The notes below the pieces were generated by a model. That model was not told the DNA's origin. It saw only the letters and a list, made by a program, of their open reading frames with translations, and did not search any database. A stretch of 64,000 bases of DNA from Tubiluchus corallicola (lineage: Eukaryota; Animalia; Priapulida). Both the position numbers and the translations under genes were made by a program. The stretch is from NCBI GenBank assembly GCA_030141605.1, contig JAQGDQ010000982.1, positions 9,316-73,315 on the forward strand, in the 5' to 3' direction. Positions within the stretch are counted from its first letter, which is position 1. Each line of letters opens with the position of its first letter. Of this stretch, positions 1 through 14,312 are shown piece after piece.

Positions 1-48
<48 letters not shown>

Positions 49-161
49 ACAACAACAACAACAGAAACAGCAGCAGCAGCAACAACAACAGCAACAGCAG
101 CAGCAACAGTAGCAACAGCAACAGCAGCAGTAGCAGCAGCAACAGCAACAGGCAACAGCTA

Positions 162-193
<32 letters not shown>

Positions 194-206
194 ACAACAA
201 CAGGAA

Positions 207-259
<53 letters not shown>

Positions 260-417
260 ACAACAACAACAACAGAAACAGCAGCAGCAGCAACAACAAC
301 AGCAACAGCAGCAGCAACAGTAGCAACAGCAACAGCAGCAGTAGCAGCAGCAACAGCAACAGGCAACAGCTACAGCAGCAGCAACAGCAACAACAACAGC
401 AACAACAACAACAGGAA

Positions 418-470
<53 letters not shown>

Positions 471-852
471 ACAACAACAACAACAGAAACAGCAGCAGCA
501 GCAACAACAACAGCAACAGCAGCAGCAACAGCAACAACAGCAACAGCAGCAGCAGCAGCAGCAGCAGCAACAGCAACAGGCAACAGCTACAGCAGCAGCA
601 ACAGCAACAACAACAACAACAACAACAACAGCAACAACAACAACAACAGCAACAGCAACAGCAGCAGTAACAACAGCAACAACAACAACAGAAACAGCAG
701 CAGCAACAACAACAGCAACAGCAGCAGACAACAGCAACAGCAGCAGCAACAGCAGCACAGCAGCAACAGCAACAGGCAACAGCTACAGCAGCAGCAACAG
801 CAACAACAACAACAACAACAACAACAGCAGCAGCAGCAGCAACAACAACAAC
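1..852. repeat. Compound (CAA/CAG)n microsatellite with ~200-215 bp higher-order periodicity
   Basis: Almost pure CAA/CAG triplets. The interruption ACAGGCAACAGCTACAGC recurs near 148, 359, 576 and 772. It produces the spurious poly-L/C/V ORFs. Confidence 0.95.
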
Positions 853-1877
853 CCCCCCCTACATGATGCATTCTCATAAACTCATTCTGCAATTTAAAAG
901 TAGCAGATAAAATGAAATTAAACTTAAAAACAAATTTTGCAAATTAATTACAATAAAAAGCGATCCATGCAAAACTATTATCCAAAGTAAACTAAGATAA
1001 GAGTTCATTATAAAAACTAAGCTAATGTAATACTCCAAACAGCAAAGTAGCAGCAAAATATAAAAGTGACAAATTATAAAAATAAACGCCACTTTACAAA
1101 ACGCTTCCAGAAATATAGAACGACCTTGAGCTGATTTATTGACCAGCAAACTTTGCAGCGTTTTAAATTGTAATGCTTAACACGTGCGAGGCGCGCCATT
1201 AAAAACCCGTAACTTTTCACTTCACATGATGTAGAAGTTGAATTACGAATAAGCAGAAAGCAATGAACGACCTTCACATCAGATAAAAATTGAATGCTTT
1301 CGACAAGAAAGCAAAGAGTAAAGACGTTTTTTTTAATTATGAACGCTGTGCTAAACACGGAGTCAATTTAAATCAGAAAGTTTTATATGTGAATCAATAA
1401 GCAACTTTGTTCTGAAAGTATGAAGCTTCCTGTAGCGATTATGAATCTTCACACTAAAGGCGTTCATTCTAAGTTCAGACGGCTGAATAATTCTGCCCTA
1501 TTTGAACGCCAATTAACATATTTCATTTTTCTTATAACATAAACATTCTACGATGAAATATTTGAATATTAAATTGTTTCTAATTATTTTTTGCAAAAAA
1601 ATCAATTTTCTGTTTGTAAATGCAAAATGTAACTTCCAATAAACAGATTATGATAAAGTGATAATTTTGTTTATTGTTTATGATAAGCCTAATTGTCTTC
1701 ACAATGCAAAAATCGGCAATGCATGATAAAGCCCGCTAACATGATCCATTCTCATAAACTCTTGATCTCTCACCCCTTCAACAGTTTGAAAGTAAGATTC
1801 TGTCAGTGTTGCAATATTTTAATATTAGCTGTGTGAGTCTCAAACAGATTTTGCTGTAGCAAAACCTTTATGTTAAT

Positions 1878-1972
1878 ATAATAATAATAATGATGATGAT
1901 GATGATGATGATGATGACGACGTCAACGGCGACGATAATACTACTACGAATAATAATAATAGTAACAATAAC

Positions 1973-2036
<64 letters not shown>
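1878..2036. repeat. (TAA)n/(TGA)n microsatellite; mirrored and longer at ~14056-14345
   Basis: Directly visible triplet runs. Confidence 0.95.
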
Positions 2037-2037
<1 letters not shown>

Positions 2038-4388
2038 GTGTATGAGTTTGAAGAAGATTTTGCAATATCGCAAAATCTTAAAAAATATGATTGACCTTGA
2101 GCTGTTATTTTGGTCAAGAACCTCTTAGACTTAAATTATGATTCTGCATCATCCTTTATCTGATGTTTCTGCTTGAAGAGATTGCTGCAAAATATTTATG
2201 ACTTTTTCAACAGAGGCCAATGAACAGCCTTGAAGTAAAACTATAATGCTAATTTGAAAAGTGAAAGAATCAAAGCGTTTATTATTTTGCATTATTACTA
2301 AGTCTTTTCCATTCCTCCCTGAAATGTCGTTCCCTCTTTTTTCTCTCTTGTCTTCTCTCAGCTAATTACCAATTTGTGACAATTGAGAACTTTAGGCTGT
2401 TTAGGTTGCAAACATTTCTTTTATCAAGTTTGAAGAATTAAAGAAATTTTAAGGTAATAACTACTGACACTGACTTTAACCTGTACACAGATATTAATCT
2501 TCACTCCAGACAATGGCATATAGGATAAGAGTTACGCATGTATAGATTAGCCTCCAGCAAAACACTGACATTTCATTTATTGAGCTGTGGGAAGTCGGGA
2601 GTATTGAAATTTTATTCTGATTTCCACTCTAGCCACTGTCATGTAACATTTGTCTACAATGAATCACACAAATCTTTCAGAAATCTCAGACATGTCCTCC
2701 AGGTAAATGTCATAAACTTTAGCTCTCAACAAATGTTTAGTGTGTGATATAAATCCATGAAAACATTTTAAAATCCAGTCACGATTCATCACTTGGATAT
2801 ATTTAACAAGTTTTTAATCTTTTTGCACTTAAACTGGCAACTATTACTAAAGCGCATTGCTGAAGGCATTCATGATATATATTTTTGAATGAATGACAAT
2901 AAAAATTTATGAAACAGAAAGGGTAGAAAACGAAAAGAAAAAGAAAAGAAAAGTAAGAAAAAAGATGAACAAAGAAAGAAACAACAGCCTCGGTTTTAGC
3001 TGGAATAAAGAAACTCTTACCTGTTTCTGGAATGTAGAAAAAGCCCTGAGCGTTTTCAAGATTTTAGCACTTTAGATAATAGCTACCAGGTTTTGCTGAC
3101 GGTCGTTCATTGCCTTGCCTTTGTCGGCAACAACATCATAAATCTTTTCAACTGAAATCAGGGAAAGGCGGGTTCCATGTTATTTATGATGCGTCTCATA
3201 CGTGTTGAGCGTTGTAATCTGAAATAGTAGAAAAGGTTACTGGCCAAATTAACATTTCAAGGCAAACCTTCTGCTACTGCTTGTGAAAAACTGACACGGC
3301 GACGAAGAAGACGACTACGACGACGATGATGATGATGATGATGGTGACGATGTTATTATTAATTATTCTGAATTTAAAACTAATGTTAGCGGAATTTATT
3401 TTTGTTTGGTTTTAAAATATTTTAATCCTTTTTATTCAAATTCTAAAAAATTTGGTCTCACCGGACATGTTTAACACTTGTAAACATATTAATTTTACAT
3501 GACAATGTTTGATTGTGGTCCAAACTCCATTATCTCCGTTTCTATTTACCTAACTGCTACCTCAAAATAATTAGTCAGTTAGTCAATTAGAAGGTCACTC
3601 AAGCAGGCTGTTAGGCGGTCAGTCACTTGCCTGTCAGTCAGTCAGCCAGTCGGTTAGTTAGTCAGTCAGTGGGCCATTAGTAAAGATGTGAACAACTATG
3701 TTGAGTCGCCTTGAGCTGTTGGTTTGTTCAAGAACCTTGTAGATTTAATTTATGATTCCGAGCACGTGAATCATCCATTATATGATGTTACTGCTTAACG
3801 AGATTGCACCAATATATAGCGAAATGCCTTGAAGTAAAAATATGAAGTAAAATAGAAATGAAACATTTACTACTCTGGTTTATTACTAAGAGTTCCCTGA
3901 AATTTTGTTCCCACTTTTTTCTGTCTCTTGTCTCCTCCTGTCATCTATAAACTCAACTCTTTAGGTGGCAAATAATTTGTTTTATCAATTTTGAATGATT
4001 CAAGAAAACTATTTTATTATTTTTCTTATCTTGACACTTTTGTCTGAAATTTAAAGTTTAATATGTGTGTTTTGATTAAACTACAATTCATTGTGACTGG
4101 TCCTGCAAATTTTAAGTCCCTAAAGTCTGTACGCAAAAATTAGGTGCCATTAAACTCATTCTGAAAACAAAAAAAATCATCGAACCAATTATTTTTACTA
4201 TTTTAGAAGTAGCAATAGCAAAATAATAGAAACAATAGAAACAAATAGAAAGCAAATATTTTTATAGTCTCAAAAAAACTGTCACTGAAGTGACTAAATG
4301 CAGCACCTTACTGGCTGCTGCTACAAAATTCAGTGAAACAGCTATTGACATATGAGGTTCAACCTGCACACAGGTATAAATCTTCAGT

Positions 4389-4612
4389 CTAGACATTGTC
4401 ATGTACGACAAGCGTTACGCATTTAAACATTATCCTCCGGCAATATCTGAGCGGTGGGAACTCAAACGTTGGAATTTATTTTAACTTTCAGCCTAGACGC
4501 TGTCATGTACGACAAGCGTTATGCATTTAAACATTATCCTCCGGCAATTATTGAGCCGTGGGAACTCAAACGTTGGAATTTATTTTAACTTTCAGCCTAG
4601 ACGCTGTCATGT
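4389..4612 (+). repeat. 104-bp tandem duplication (~2.1 copies), mirrored at ~11488-11712
   Basis: CTAGAC..TGTCATGTA starts at 4389, 4493 and 4597. Confidence 0.9.
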
Positions 4613-5389
4613 ATGTAGTCTACACACTACAATGAATCATAAAGATCTTTCAGAACATTCAGACATGTCCTCAGGAAAAATATCATAATTTTCAAGGTGT
4701 TTACTGTGTTAAGAAAATCCAGATTTCAAAGTCCAGTCACGACTCATGCCTGGACATATTTCCTAAGCTTTTAATCTTTGCAATTTTATTAGTACGTCAT
4801 ACTGAGGTGAATGTTGAAGACTTTTAGTTGACAATAAAATGCTGTATTGTTTTTCATTAATATGATCGCTATATGCACTCCAATCACACCAATTGTCAAT
4901 CTGAAACTCTTGGTTAGCAACTACGTGAAATTGAAAAAGTCATATTTATCATCAGTAGTGAAAGGCATTCTAAATGACATAACAGACACTTGGGTAGAAA
5001 AAGCTCAATAAGCGAGTAACTCAATGCTTCGCGTTCTGAACTAGTTTACTGCTAAACATGCGAGAGTCTGAAGATCTAAATAAAAAAGCTGGAACAGGAA
5101 ATTACATAGATACAAAAGATGTCTAGAGAGAAAGAAAGCTGTAGAATAAAACGTAAAATTTACCTACATTACAAGTTCAATATTTTGATAATTATTGATA
5201 TCGATATAATAATGACGTGATAACAGCGAACTGTATTTGCGAACTGTATTTTAGTAATAAGTCAACCTGCAAAATTTATGAAAAGACAAGAATTTTTAAA
5301 CCAAATTTATACCACTATAGTATGTGCTTCGTGCCATTAATCCCGCTACTAAGTCTTAGCAATTACAAATGAAAGTGGTCCTGGGGAAG

Positions 5390-5480
5390 AAACAACAACA
5401 ACAACAGTAGCAACAGCAACAACAACAACACCACCACCACCACCAACAACAACAACACTACAACAACAGCAACGGCAACA

Positions 5481-5512
<32 letters not shown>

Positions 5513-5527
5513 AGCAGCAGCACCACC

Positions 5528-5559
<32 letters not shown>

Positions 5560-5580
5560 CAACAACAGCAACGGCAACAG
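5390..5580. repeat. (CAA/CAG/CAC)n microsatellite; mirror at ~10520-10710
   Basis: Directly visible. The repeat composition differs between arms although the flanks appear identical. Confidence 0.9.
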
Positions 5581-6220
5581 CCAACTCTATCAACAGTGTC
5601 AATGACGATGGCTATGATGAAGCTGGCTGCTGCAAAAAATTTGAGCAACTATGAAGAGGTCAAAACATAATTAGTCCAAAAGGCAAGCATGATAGTAAAG
5701 ACGATGATAATGATGATACTTGATTGTGCCTCTTTATTTTTCTTACTCCTATACAACTTGTTGTTATGAATGACCAGCGTCCTTGGCATGTTACAGAGCA
5801 GTAACCTTTAGAAATAACTTACTCAAGTCACACATTCAGTTTTTACACCACAAGAGATAAAGAAGTTTGCCTGAGGAAACTTTATTGTTTGCCGAACCGA
5901 CTGACAGTAAAAAATGCAATGAAATTTCTTTACAACATCCAGGAATTTTAAACCCTGCGATAAAATATTAACTTGCCTAATAGCTTTCCGAGATTGAATG
6001 ACAACAAGAAAAATGTCCCAAATGAGCAAACGAGTAGAATTATGAAATGCTTTTATTGAAAAACGATTTTAATACTGGAGTTATTACTAAAATACAGTCG
6101 CTGTTATCATTAAATTTTCATTGTTATATAGATATCAATCATAATCAAGTTATTGAACTTGTAATGTTTGTAAATTTTATGTTTTATTTTATAGTTTGCT
6201 GCCTCTATAGCCATAATTTA

Positions 6221-6505
6221 GTCAGTCAGTCAGTCAGTCAGTCAGTCAGTCAGTCAGTCAGTCAGTCAGTCAGTCAGTCAGTCAGTCAGTCAGTCAGTCA
6301 GTCAGTCAGTCAGTCAGTCAGTCAGTCAGTCAGTCAGTCAGTCAGTCAGTCAGTCAGTCAATTAATCAGTCAATTAGTCAGTCAGTAAGTCAGTCGGTCG
6401 GTCAGTCGGTTGGTCGGTCAGTCGGTCGGTCGATCAGTCAGTCGGTTGGTCGGTCAGTCGGTCGGTCGATCAGTCAGTCAGTCAGTCAGTTAGTTAGTCA
6501 GTCGG
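6221..6505. repeat. (GTCA)n tetranucleotide microsatellite degrading into GTCG/GTTA variants; mirror (GACT)n at 9775-9881
   Basis: Directly visible; it marks the inner ends of both inverted-repeat arms. Confidence 0.95.
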
Positions 6506-6932
6506 AAAAAAAGAAAGGAGAGAAGAGAACGAAATGGAAAAGAAGAGAAGAGAAGAGAAGAGAAGAGGATAGAAGAGAAGAGAAGAGAAAAGAAGAGAAC
6601 AGGAGAGAAGAGAGAAAAAAGAGATGAGAAAAGAAATGGAAAGGGAAAGTAGGAATAAAGGAAAAAAACGAAAGACAGAAATTGTTTTATCTAAAATAAA
6701 GACTTTGTATGCTGTATTATCTTTATGGAATGTAGAAAAAGCCCTAAGAGTTTTTAAGATGTTAGCATTTTAATAGCTACCAGTTTTATCTGAAGGTCGT
6801 TCATTGCCTTGCCTTTGTCGGCAACAATAAAATCATAAATCTTGTCAACTGAAATCAGGGGAAAATTGATTCTATATTATTTATGATGCTCAGTGTTCTA
6901 ATCTAAAATGATAAAAAAGGTTACTGGCCAAA

Positions 6933-7055
6933 GTTGTGGTGACGTGCCCAATTTGTTCACGCAGGTTTGTGGTGACGTGTTCAGGTGTTTTCACAGACTT
7001 GTGATGACGTGCCTAGGGGCTTCGCGCAGGTTTGTGATGTCGTGCTCAGGTGTTT
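6933..7055 (+). repeat. Degenerate ~33-bp minisatellite, 4 copies
   Basis: TTGTG(G/A)TG(A/T)CGTG cores at about 6933, 6967, 6999 and 7032. Confidence 0.75.
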
Positions 7056-8194
7056 GTGCAAAATAATGTTTTAAAGCACAAGAAAACCCTCCAATTACAT
7101 AAAGCTTAAAATATTAGTCTTGAAATCTTATATCACTTAGTTACATGACTTGCATCGACAGGAACGCTGTATAAAACTTGTAAATTTAAACTCCCGCGAT
7201 GACCGTTTACGCAGCCATTTTGACGATAAGTCATTTGAAACAAGTTTAGATAACATTCTGTAAAGTTTGAAAAAATAATCAGAGCATTCGTAGCGCACAC
7301 ATCACTAACTGAGTAAAATTTAAAAATTTAAAATTACTGCATCTTGTCAATAAGATTAAAAATATTTTTATGGTTAGTGAGTGGTGCACCCTGGGGGGTG
7401 AGTCAGTGACATTTTACGAATAGATAAAAGCATTTTAAATAATTAATAATTTTCTTTTCAAGTTAAATAAGTCTTTCAAGCAGGTAAGCGAAATACTAAG
7501 TAACATAACTTTGCATGGCAAGTTTTTGGGACATAGATTAAAATTTCGTTTTCTTCGAAAGAATTAAGTAACTCGACAGCGAATGGCGCACTCTGAACAG
7601 TGTTGCTTGAAATTTAAAATGAAAACAAACAAATTTTCCTTTCGGCGCGAGTACGATATATGCATAAAATTGCTATAAAGCAATATAATTTTTCAAGGCG
7701 ATTTTTCTAAAACCAACTTCAGGTACTTTTTTCTTGTCCTTTAACAATTCTCAAAATGTGGGAAAAGCTATTCTTGTGTGTTTTCCACTAATGCCTAGCA
7801 TGACTAACGAAAAAAACAAATCTGAAACTTAATTTACTGTAATATGAATCACTAAACTTAGCTATCTTAAGTACTTTAAGATAAATTTAGGCACATTCTC
7901 CTTTAACGAGGTAGCTGTGGGCATGAAGTTTGGAAAGCAAATTCGCCGAGCCCGCTAATAATTAACTTTGACCAGTAGGCACACAACTCTTAGATGTTTT
8001 GCTCACCCCAAATCTGGTATGCTTGCAAGTGCATTTACCACACAACTGTTTTTAAAAAAGCAAGCGCATTTTTTTATTTATATATTTCAATTATATTTTT
8101 CAATTTATTTATTTCAATTATATTTAACTTGTTTGTTAAATATAGATTACGCATTGGTCAATGGTTTGTATGATCATTGCATGACCTCAATAAG

Positions 8195-9774
8195 AACAAT
8201 ATTAACACAAATGCTTCAGAGTTCTAAACTGTTAAAACAAAACAAATAACTATCACAGAGCCATAAGCTGTCTAATATTCCATTATTTTCAGTCAATGAA
8301 AGGAGGCTTTGAAATTGGAAACTTTGAAACACCATCTCTACTTATGCAACGGCAAAATGATAGACTGCAAAATTATTATGTGACGAAATGGTTCACTGCT
8401 GAAATGATATCTGGCAGAACGATGCCATGGCAAAGTGCAAACTTTCATGATAAGCTAAATGCCTAATAGATGTACAGACTATAGCTGTTGAGGATAATAA
8501 TCTATGTTAACCAATTTAATAACAACTGGGAAATAAAATCAACAAAAAATAAAGCTTGCGCATCAGAAAGTCAAGCTTAAAAAATTATGTGGAATGAGTT
8601 ATGAGACAAAATTAATTAATAGACAAATTAATAGAGATTATAATTGGTTAAAATATATGCATGGCTAATGGCTGATGAACTCACATACATCCATTGCAAG
8701 CATGGATTATCAGGCTTTGACACATCTGACATTTTCTTTTGACAACAGCTCGAATTGAAGTGAAATAAGAAAGTCAAGCACTTTATAGTAGTGTCAATAT
8801 AAGGGAAAAATAGCCTTAATCCTAAAAGATTACAAGAAAACGCTTTTGTGTTATCTAGTAATATTTGTCCAGAAAATATCATACACAAATTAGGCCGAAA
8901 TTTGATCACTGCAAAGGGTCCAATTATGACGTCAAAAAAGATGGCTGCTTTTTGACTAAAATGACCATTCCGTTATTTTGTGCAAACTTTGCAGCCTTCT
9001 TAGGCGCCATCTTAGAATAAAGTGATATTATAGGGGCATTTAAGCATCAGATGTGGATTCCTTGACCTTGAGAACCTATATTTAGACCCCATATTTAGAC
9101 CTTAAGAACCTATATTATCATGTATGTTCTGACAGCCAAAATATAGCCCTTATAAGCTAGCAGCAGACATATTGCCAGCCATCTCGACACTTGCAGCCAT
9201 ACTGAAAAAATCAATTGACTCAATAATCAAAATTAATTACCTTAATGAGCTCTGGCACTGTGCAAAAATTTCATGCTTTTGAATCAATGTGAGCATTTTT
9301 TCACCGTCTTGGTGGACTAAATCCTACCTATTAATTTTGGAATTAATATGGTGGCATATTTTTAGTGTCACAATTAATCCCTTTACAGTGCATAAAATTT
9401 AGGTCTAATTTGATCTAATACCAAAAAAAACGTTTTCTTGCATTTTTAGGGGTAATTCAGCAAATTGACCTTACCGTAAGAAAACGCAAAAGAATGCTGC
9501 ATTGGCATTTTATTCACATCGGCGCTCAGTTAATATCCAATTCACTGCTTCACAAATATTTCACAAAAACTTTGAATACTCATATTCAAAAATTCACATA
9601 TTGCACATTAGAAATAAGAAATTCCGAAAATATTAACACAACAAAAGTATAGTGAAATGCTAACATTCAAAACATTTTGCCAACAAAATCACCTCTCGAG
9701 ATATTTGCACAAAATGTGGTGAGAAACTCCCAAAAATGTAGACATTTACAAAAACAATTTTGCAAAACCTGACT
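8195..9774 (-). repeat. Inverted copy of 21551-23174 (1.6 kb, interspersed-repeat-like, non-coding)
   Basis: Both ends match in reverse complement: AACAATATTAACACAAAT at 8195 with ~23174, and CAAAACCTGACT at 9774 with 21551. ORFs 8628..8909(-) and 22359..22574(+) share KFRPNL.MIFSGQILLDN. Confidence 0.92.
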
Positions 9775-10541
9775 ACTGACTGACTGACTGACTGACTGAC
9801 TGACTGACTGACTGACTGACTGACTGACTGACTGACTGACTGACTGACTGACTGACTGACTGACTGACTGACTGACTGACTAAATTATGGCTATAGAGGC
9901 AGCAAACTATAAAATAAAACATAAAATTTACAAACATTACAAGTTCAATAACTTGATTATGATTGATATCTATATAACAATGAAAATTTAATGATAACAG
10001 CGACTGTATTTTAGTAATAACTCCAGTATTAAAATCGTTTTTCAATAAAAGCATTTCATAATTCTACTCGTTTGCTCATTTGGGACATTTTTCTTGTTGT
10101 CATTCAATCTCGGAAAGCTATTAGGCAAGTTAATATTTTATCGCAGGGTTTAAAATTCCTGGATGTTGTAAAGAAATTTCATTGCATTTTTTACTGTCAG
10201 TCGGTTCGGCAAACAATAAAGTTTCCTCAGGCAAACTTCTTTATCTCTTGTGGTGTAAAAACTGAATGTGTGACTTGAGTAAGTTATTTCTAAAGGTTAC
10301 TGCTCTGTAACATGCCAAGGACGCTGGTCATTCATAACAACAAGTTGTATAGGAGTAAGAAAAATAAAGAGGCACAATCAAGTATCATCATTATCATCGT
10401 CTTTACTATCATGCTTGCCTTTTGGACTAATTATGTTTTGACCTCTTCATAGTTGCTCAAATTTTTTGCAGCAGCCAGCTTCATCATAGCCATCGTCATT
10501 GACACTGTTGATAGAGTTGGCTGTTGCCGTTGCTGTTGTTG

Positions 10542-10573
<32 letters not shown>

Positions 10574-13500
10574 GGTGGTGCTGCTGCTGCTGCTGTTGTT
10601 GTTGTTGCTGCTGCTGCTGCTGTTGTTGTAGTAGTAGTTGTTGTTGTTGTTGGTGGTGGTGGTAGTGTTGTTGTTGTTGTTGTTGCTGCTGCTGCTGTTG
10701 TTGTTGTTGTTTCTTCCCCAGGACCACTTTCATTTGTAATTGCTAAGACTTAGTAGCGGGATTAATGGCACGAAGCACATACTATAGTGGTATAAATTTG
10801 GTTTAAAAATTCTTGTCTTTTCATAAATTTTGCAGGTTGACTTATTACTAAAATACAGTTCGCAAATACAGTTCGCTGTTATCACGTCATTATTATATCG
10901 ATATCAATAATTATCAAAATATTGAACTTGTAATGTAGGTAAATTTTACGTTTTATTCTACAGCTTTCTTTCTCTCTAGACATCTTTTGTATCTATGTAA
11001 TTTCCTGTTCCAGCTTTTTTATTTAGATCTTCAGACTCTCGCATGTTTAGCAGTAAACTAGTTCAGAACGCGAAGCATTGAGTTACTCGCTTATTGAGCT
11101 TTTTCTACCCAAGTGTCTGTTATGTCATTTAGAATGCCTTTCACTACTGATGATAAATATGACTTTTTCAATTTCACGTAGTTGCTAACCAAGAGTTTCA
11201 GATTGACAATTGGTGTGATTGGAGTGCATATAGCGATCATATTAATGAAAAACAATACAGCATTTTATTGTCAACTAAAAGTCTTCAACATTCACCTCAG
11301 TATGACGTACTAATAAAATTGCAAAGATTAAAAGCTTAGGAAATATGTCCAGGCATGAGTCGTGACTGGACTTTGAAATCTGGATTTTCTTAACACAGTA
11401 AACACCTTGAAAATTATGATATTTTTCCTGAGGACATGTCTGAATGTTCTGAAAGATCTTTATGATTCATTGTAGTGTGTAGACTACATACATGACAGCG
11501 TCTAGGCTGAAAGTTAAAATAAATTCCAACGTTTGAGTTCCCACGGCTCAATAATTGCCGGAGGATAATGTTTAAATGCATAACGCTTGTCGTACATGAC
11601 AGCGTCTAGGCTGAAAGTTAAAATAAATTCCAACGTTTGAGTTCCCACCGCTCAGATATTGCCGGAGGATAATGTTTAAATGCGTAACGCTTGTCGTACA
11701 TGACAATGTCTAGACTGAAGATTTATACCTGTGTGCAGGTTGAACCTCATATGTCAATAGCTGTTTCACTGAATTTTGTAGCAGCAGCCAGTAAGGTGCT
11801 GCATTTAGTCACTTCAGTGACAGTTTTTTTGAGACTATAAAAATATTTGCTTTCTATTTGTTTCTATTGTTTCTATTATTTTGCTATTGCTACTTCTAAA
11901 ATAGTAAAAATAATTGGTTCGATGATTTTTTTTGTTTTCAGAATGAGTTTAATGGCACCTAATTTTTGCGTACAGACTTTAGGGACTTAAAATTTGCAGG
12001 ACCAGTCACAATGAATTGTAGTTTAATCAAAACACACATATTAAACTTTAAATTTCAGACAAAAGTGTCAAGATAAGAAAAATAATAAAATAGTTTTCTT
12101 GAATCATTCAAAATTGATAAAACAAATTATTTGCCACCTAAAGAGTTGAGTTTATAGATGACAGGAGGAGACAAGAGACAGAAAAAAGTGGGAACAAAAT
12201 TTCAGGGAACTCTTAGTAATAAACCAGAGTAGTAAATGTTTCATTTCTATTTTACTTCATATTTTTACTTCAAGGCATTTCGCTATATATTGGTGCAATC
12301 TCGTTAAGCAGTAACATCATATAATGGATGATTCACGTGCTCGGAATCATAAATTAAATCTACAAGGTTCTTGAACAAACCAACAGCTCAAGGCGACTCA
12401 ACATAGTTGTTCACATCTTTACTAATGGCCCACTGACTGACTAACTAACCGACTGGCTGACTGACTGACAGGCAAGTGACTGACCGCCTAACAGCCTGCT
12501 TGAGTGACCTTCTAATTGACTAACTGACTAATTATTTTGAGGTAGCAGTTAGGTAAATAGAAACGGAGATAATGGAGTTTGGACCACAATCAAACATTGT
12601 CATGTAAAATTAATATGTTTACAAGTGTTAAACATGTCCGGTGAGACCAAATTTTTTAGAATTTGAATAAAAAGGATTAAAATATTTTAAAACCAAACAA
12701 AAATAAATTCCGCTAACATTAGTTTTAAATTCAGAATAATTAATAATAACATCGTCACCATCATCATCATCATCATCGTCGTCGTAGTCGTCTTCTTCGT
12801 CGCCGTGTCAGTTTTTCACAAGCAGTAGCAGAAGGTTTGCCTTGAAATGTTAATTTGGCCAGTAACCTTTTCTACTATTTCAGATTACAACGCTCAACAC
12901 GTACGAGACGCATCATAAATAACATGGAACCCGCCTTTCCCTGATTTCAGTTGAAAAGATTTATGATGTTGTTGTTGCCGACAAAGGCAAGGCAATGAAC
13001 GACCGTCAGCAAAACCTGGTAGCTATTATCTAAAGTGCTAAAATCTTGAAAACGCTCAGGGCTTTTTCTACATTCCAGAAACAGGTAAGAGTTTCTTTAT
13101 TCCAGCTAAAACCGAGGCTGTTGTTTCTTTCTTTGTTCATCTTTTTTCTTACTTTTCTTTTCTTTTTCTTTTCGTTTTCTTCCCTTTCTGTTTCATAAAT
13201 TTTTATTGTCATTCATTCAAAAATATATATCATGAATGCTTTCAGCAATGCGCTTTAGTAATAGTTGCCAGTTTAAATGCAAAGATTACAAACTTGTTAA
13301 ATATATCCAAGTGATGAATCGTGACTGGATTTTAAAATGTTTTCATGGATTTATTTCACACACTAAACACTTGTTGAGAGCTAAAGTTTATGACATTTGC
13401 CTGGAGGACATGTCTGAGATTTCTGAAAGATTCATGTGTTTCATTGTAGACTAATGTTACAAGACAGTGGCTAGAGTGGAAATCAGAATAAAATTTCAAT

Positions 13501-14075
13501 GCTCCCGACTCTCCACAGCTCAATAAATGAAATGTCAGTGTTTTGCTGGAGGCTAATCTATACATGCGTAACTTTTATCCTACATGACAGTGAAGATTAA
13601 TACTTGCGTGCAGGTTAAAGTCAGTGTCAGTTAGTTATTACCCTAAAATTTCTTTAATTCTTCAAACTTGATAAAAGAAATGTTTGCAACCTTAGCAGCT
13701 GAGTTCTCAATTGTCACAAGTTGGTAATTAGCTGAGAGAAGAGAAGAGAGAAAAAAGACTGAACGACATTTCAGGGAGGAATGGAAAAGACTTAGTAATA
13801 ATACTGAAAGCTTTAATTCTTTTACTTTTCAAATTAGCATTATAGTTTCACTTCAAGGCAGTTCATTGGCTTTTCTCTGTTGAAAAGGTCATAAATATTT
13901 TGCGGCAATCTCTTCAAGCAGAAACATCAGATAAAGGATGATGCAGAATCATAATTTAAGTCTAACAGGTTCTTGACCAAAATAACAGCTCAAGGTCAAT
14001 CATATTTTTTAAGATTTTGCGATGTATTGCAAAATCTTCTTCAAACTCATACACTTATTATTATTATTATTATTA

Positions 14076-14142
<67 letters not shown>

Positions 14143-14227
14143 TACTATTATCGTCGCCATTGACGTCGTCGTCATCATCATCATCATTATCATTATCATT
14201 ATCATTATCATTATGATATTATTATTA

Positions 14228-14312
<85 letters not shown>

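Larger units (their letters stand above)
1..6360 (+). repeat. Left arm of large inverted repeat (may extend left of the window)
   Basis: Reverse complement of ~9775-16140. Mirror ORF pairs have a near-constant coordinate sum: 5823/10278 and 6047/10054 give 16101, 2893/13212 gives 16105, 2538/13565 gives 16103. Confidence 0.95.

Noticed and set aside
159-892. Poly-L/C/V ORFs (also 15140-16250, 17764-18132, 20385-20738, 5349-5648, 10431-10753)
   Set aside because: They are translations of triplet microsatellites with no domain content.
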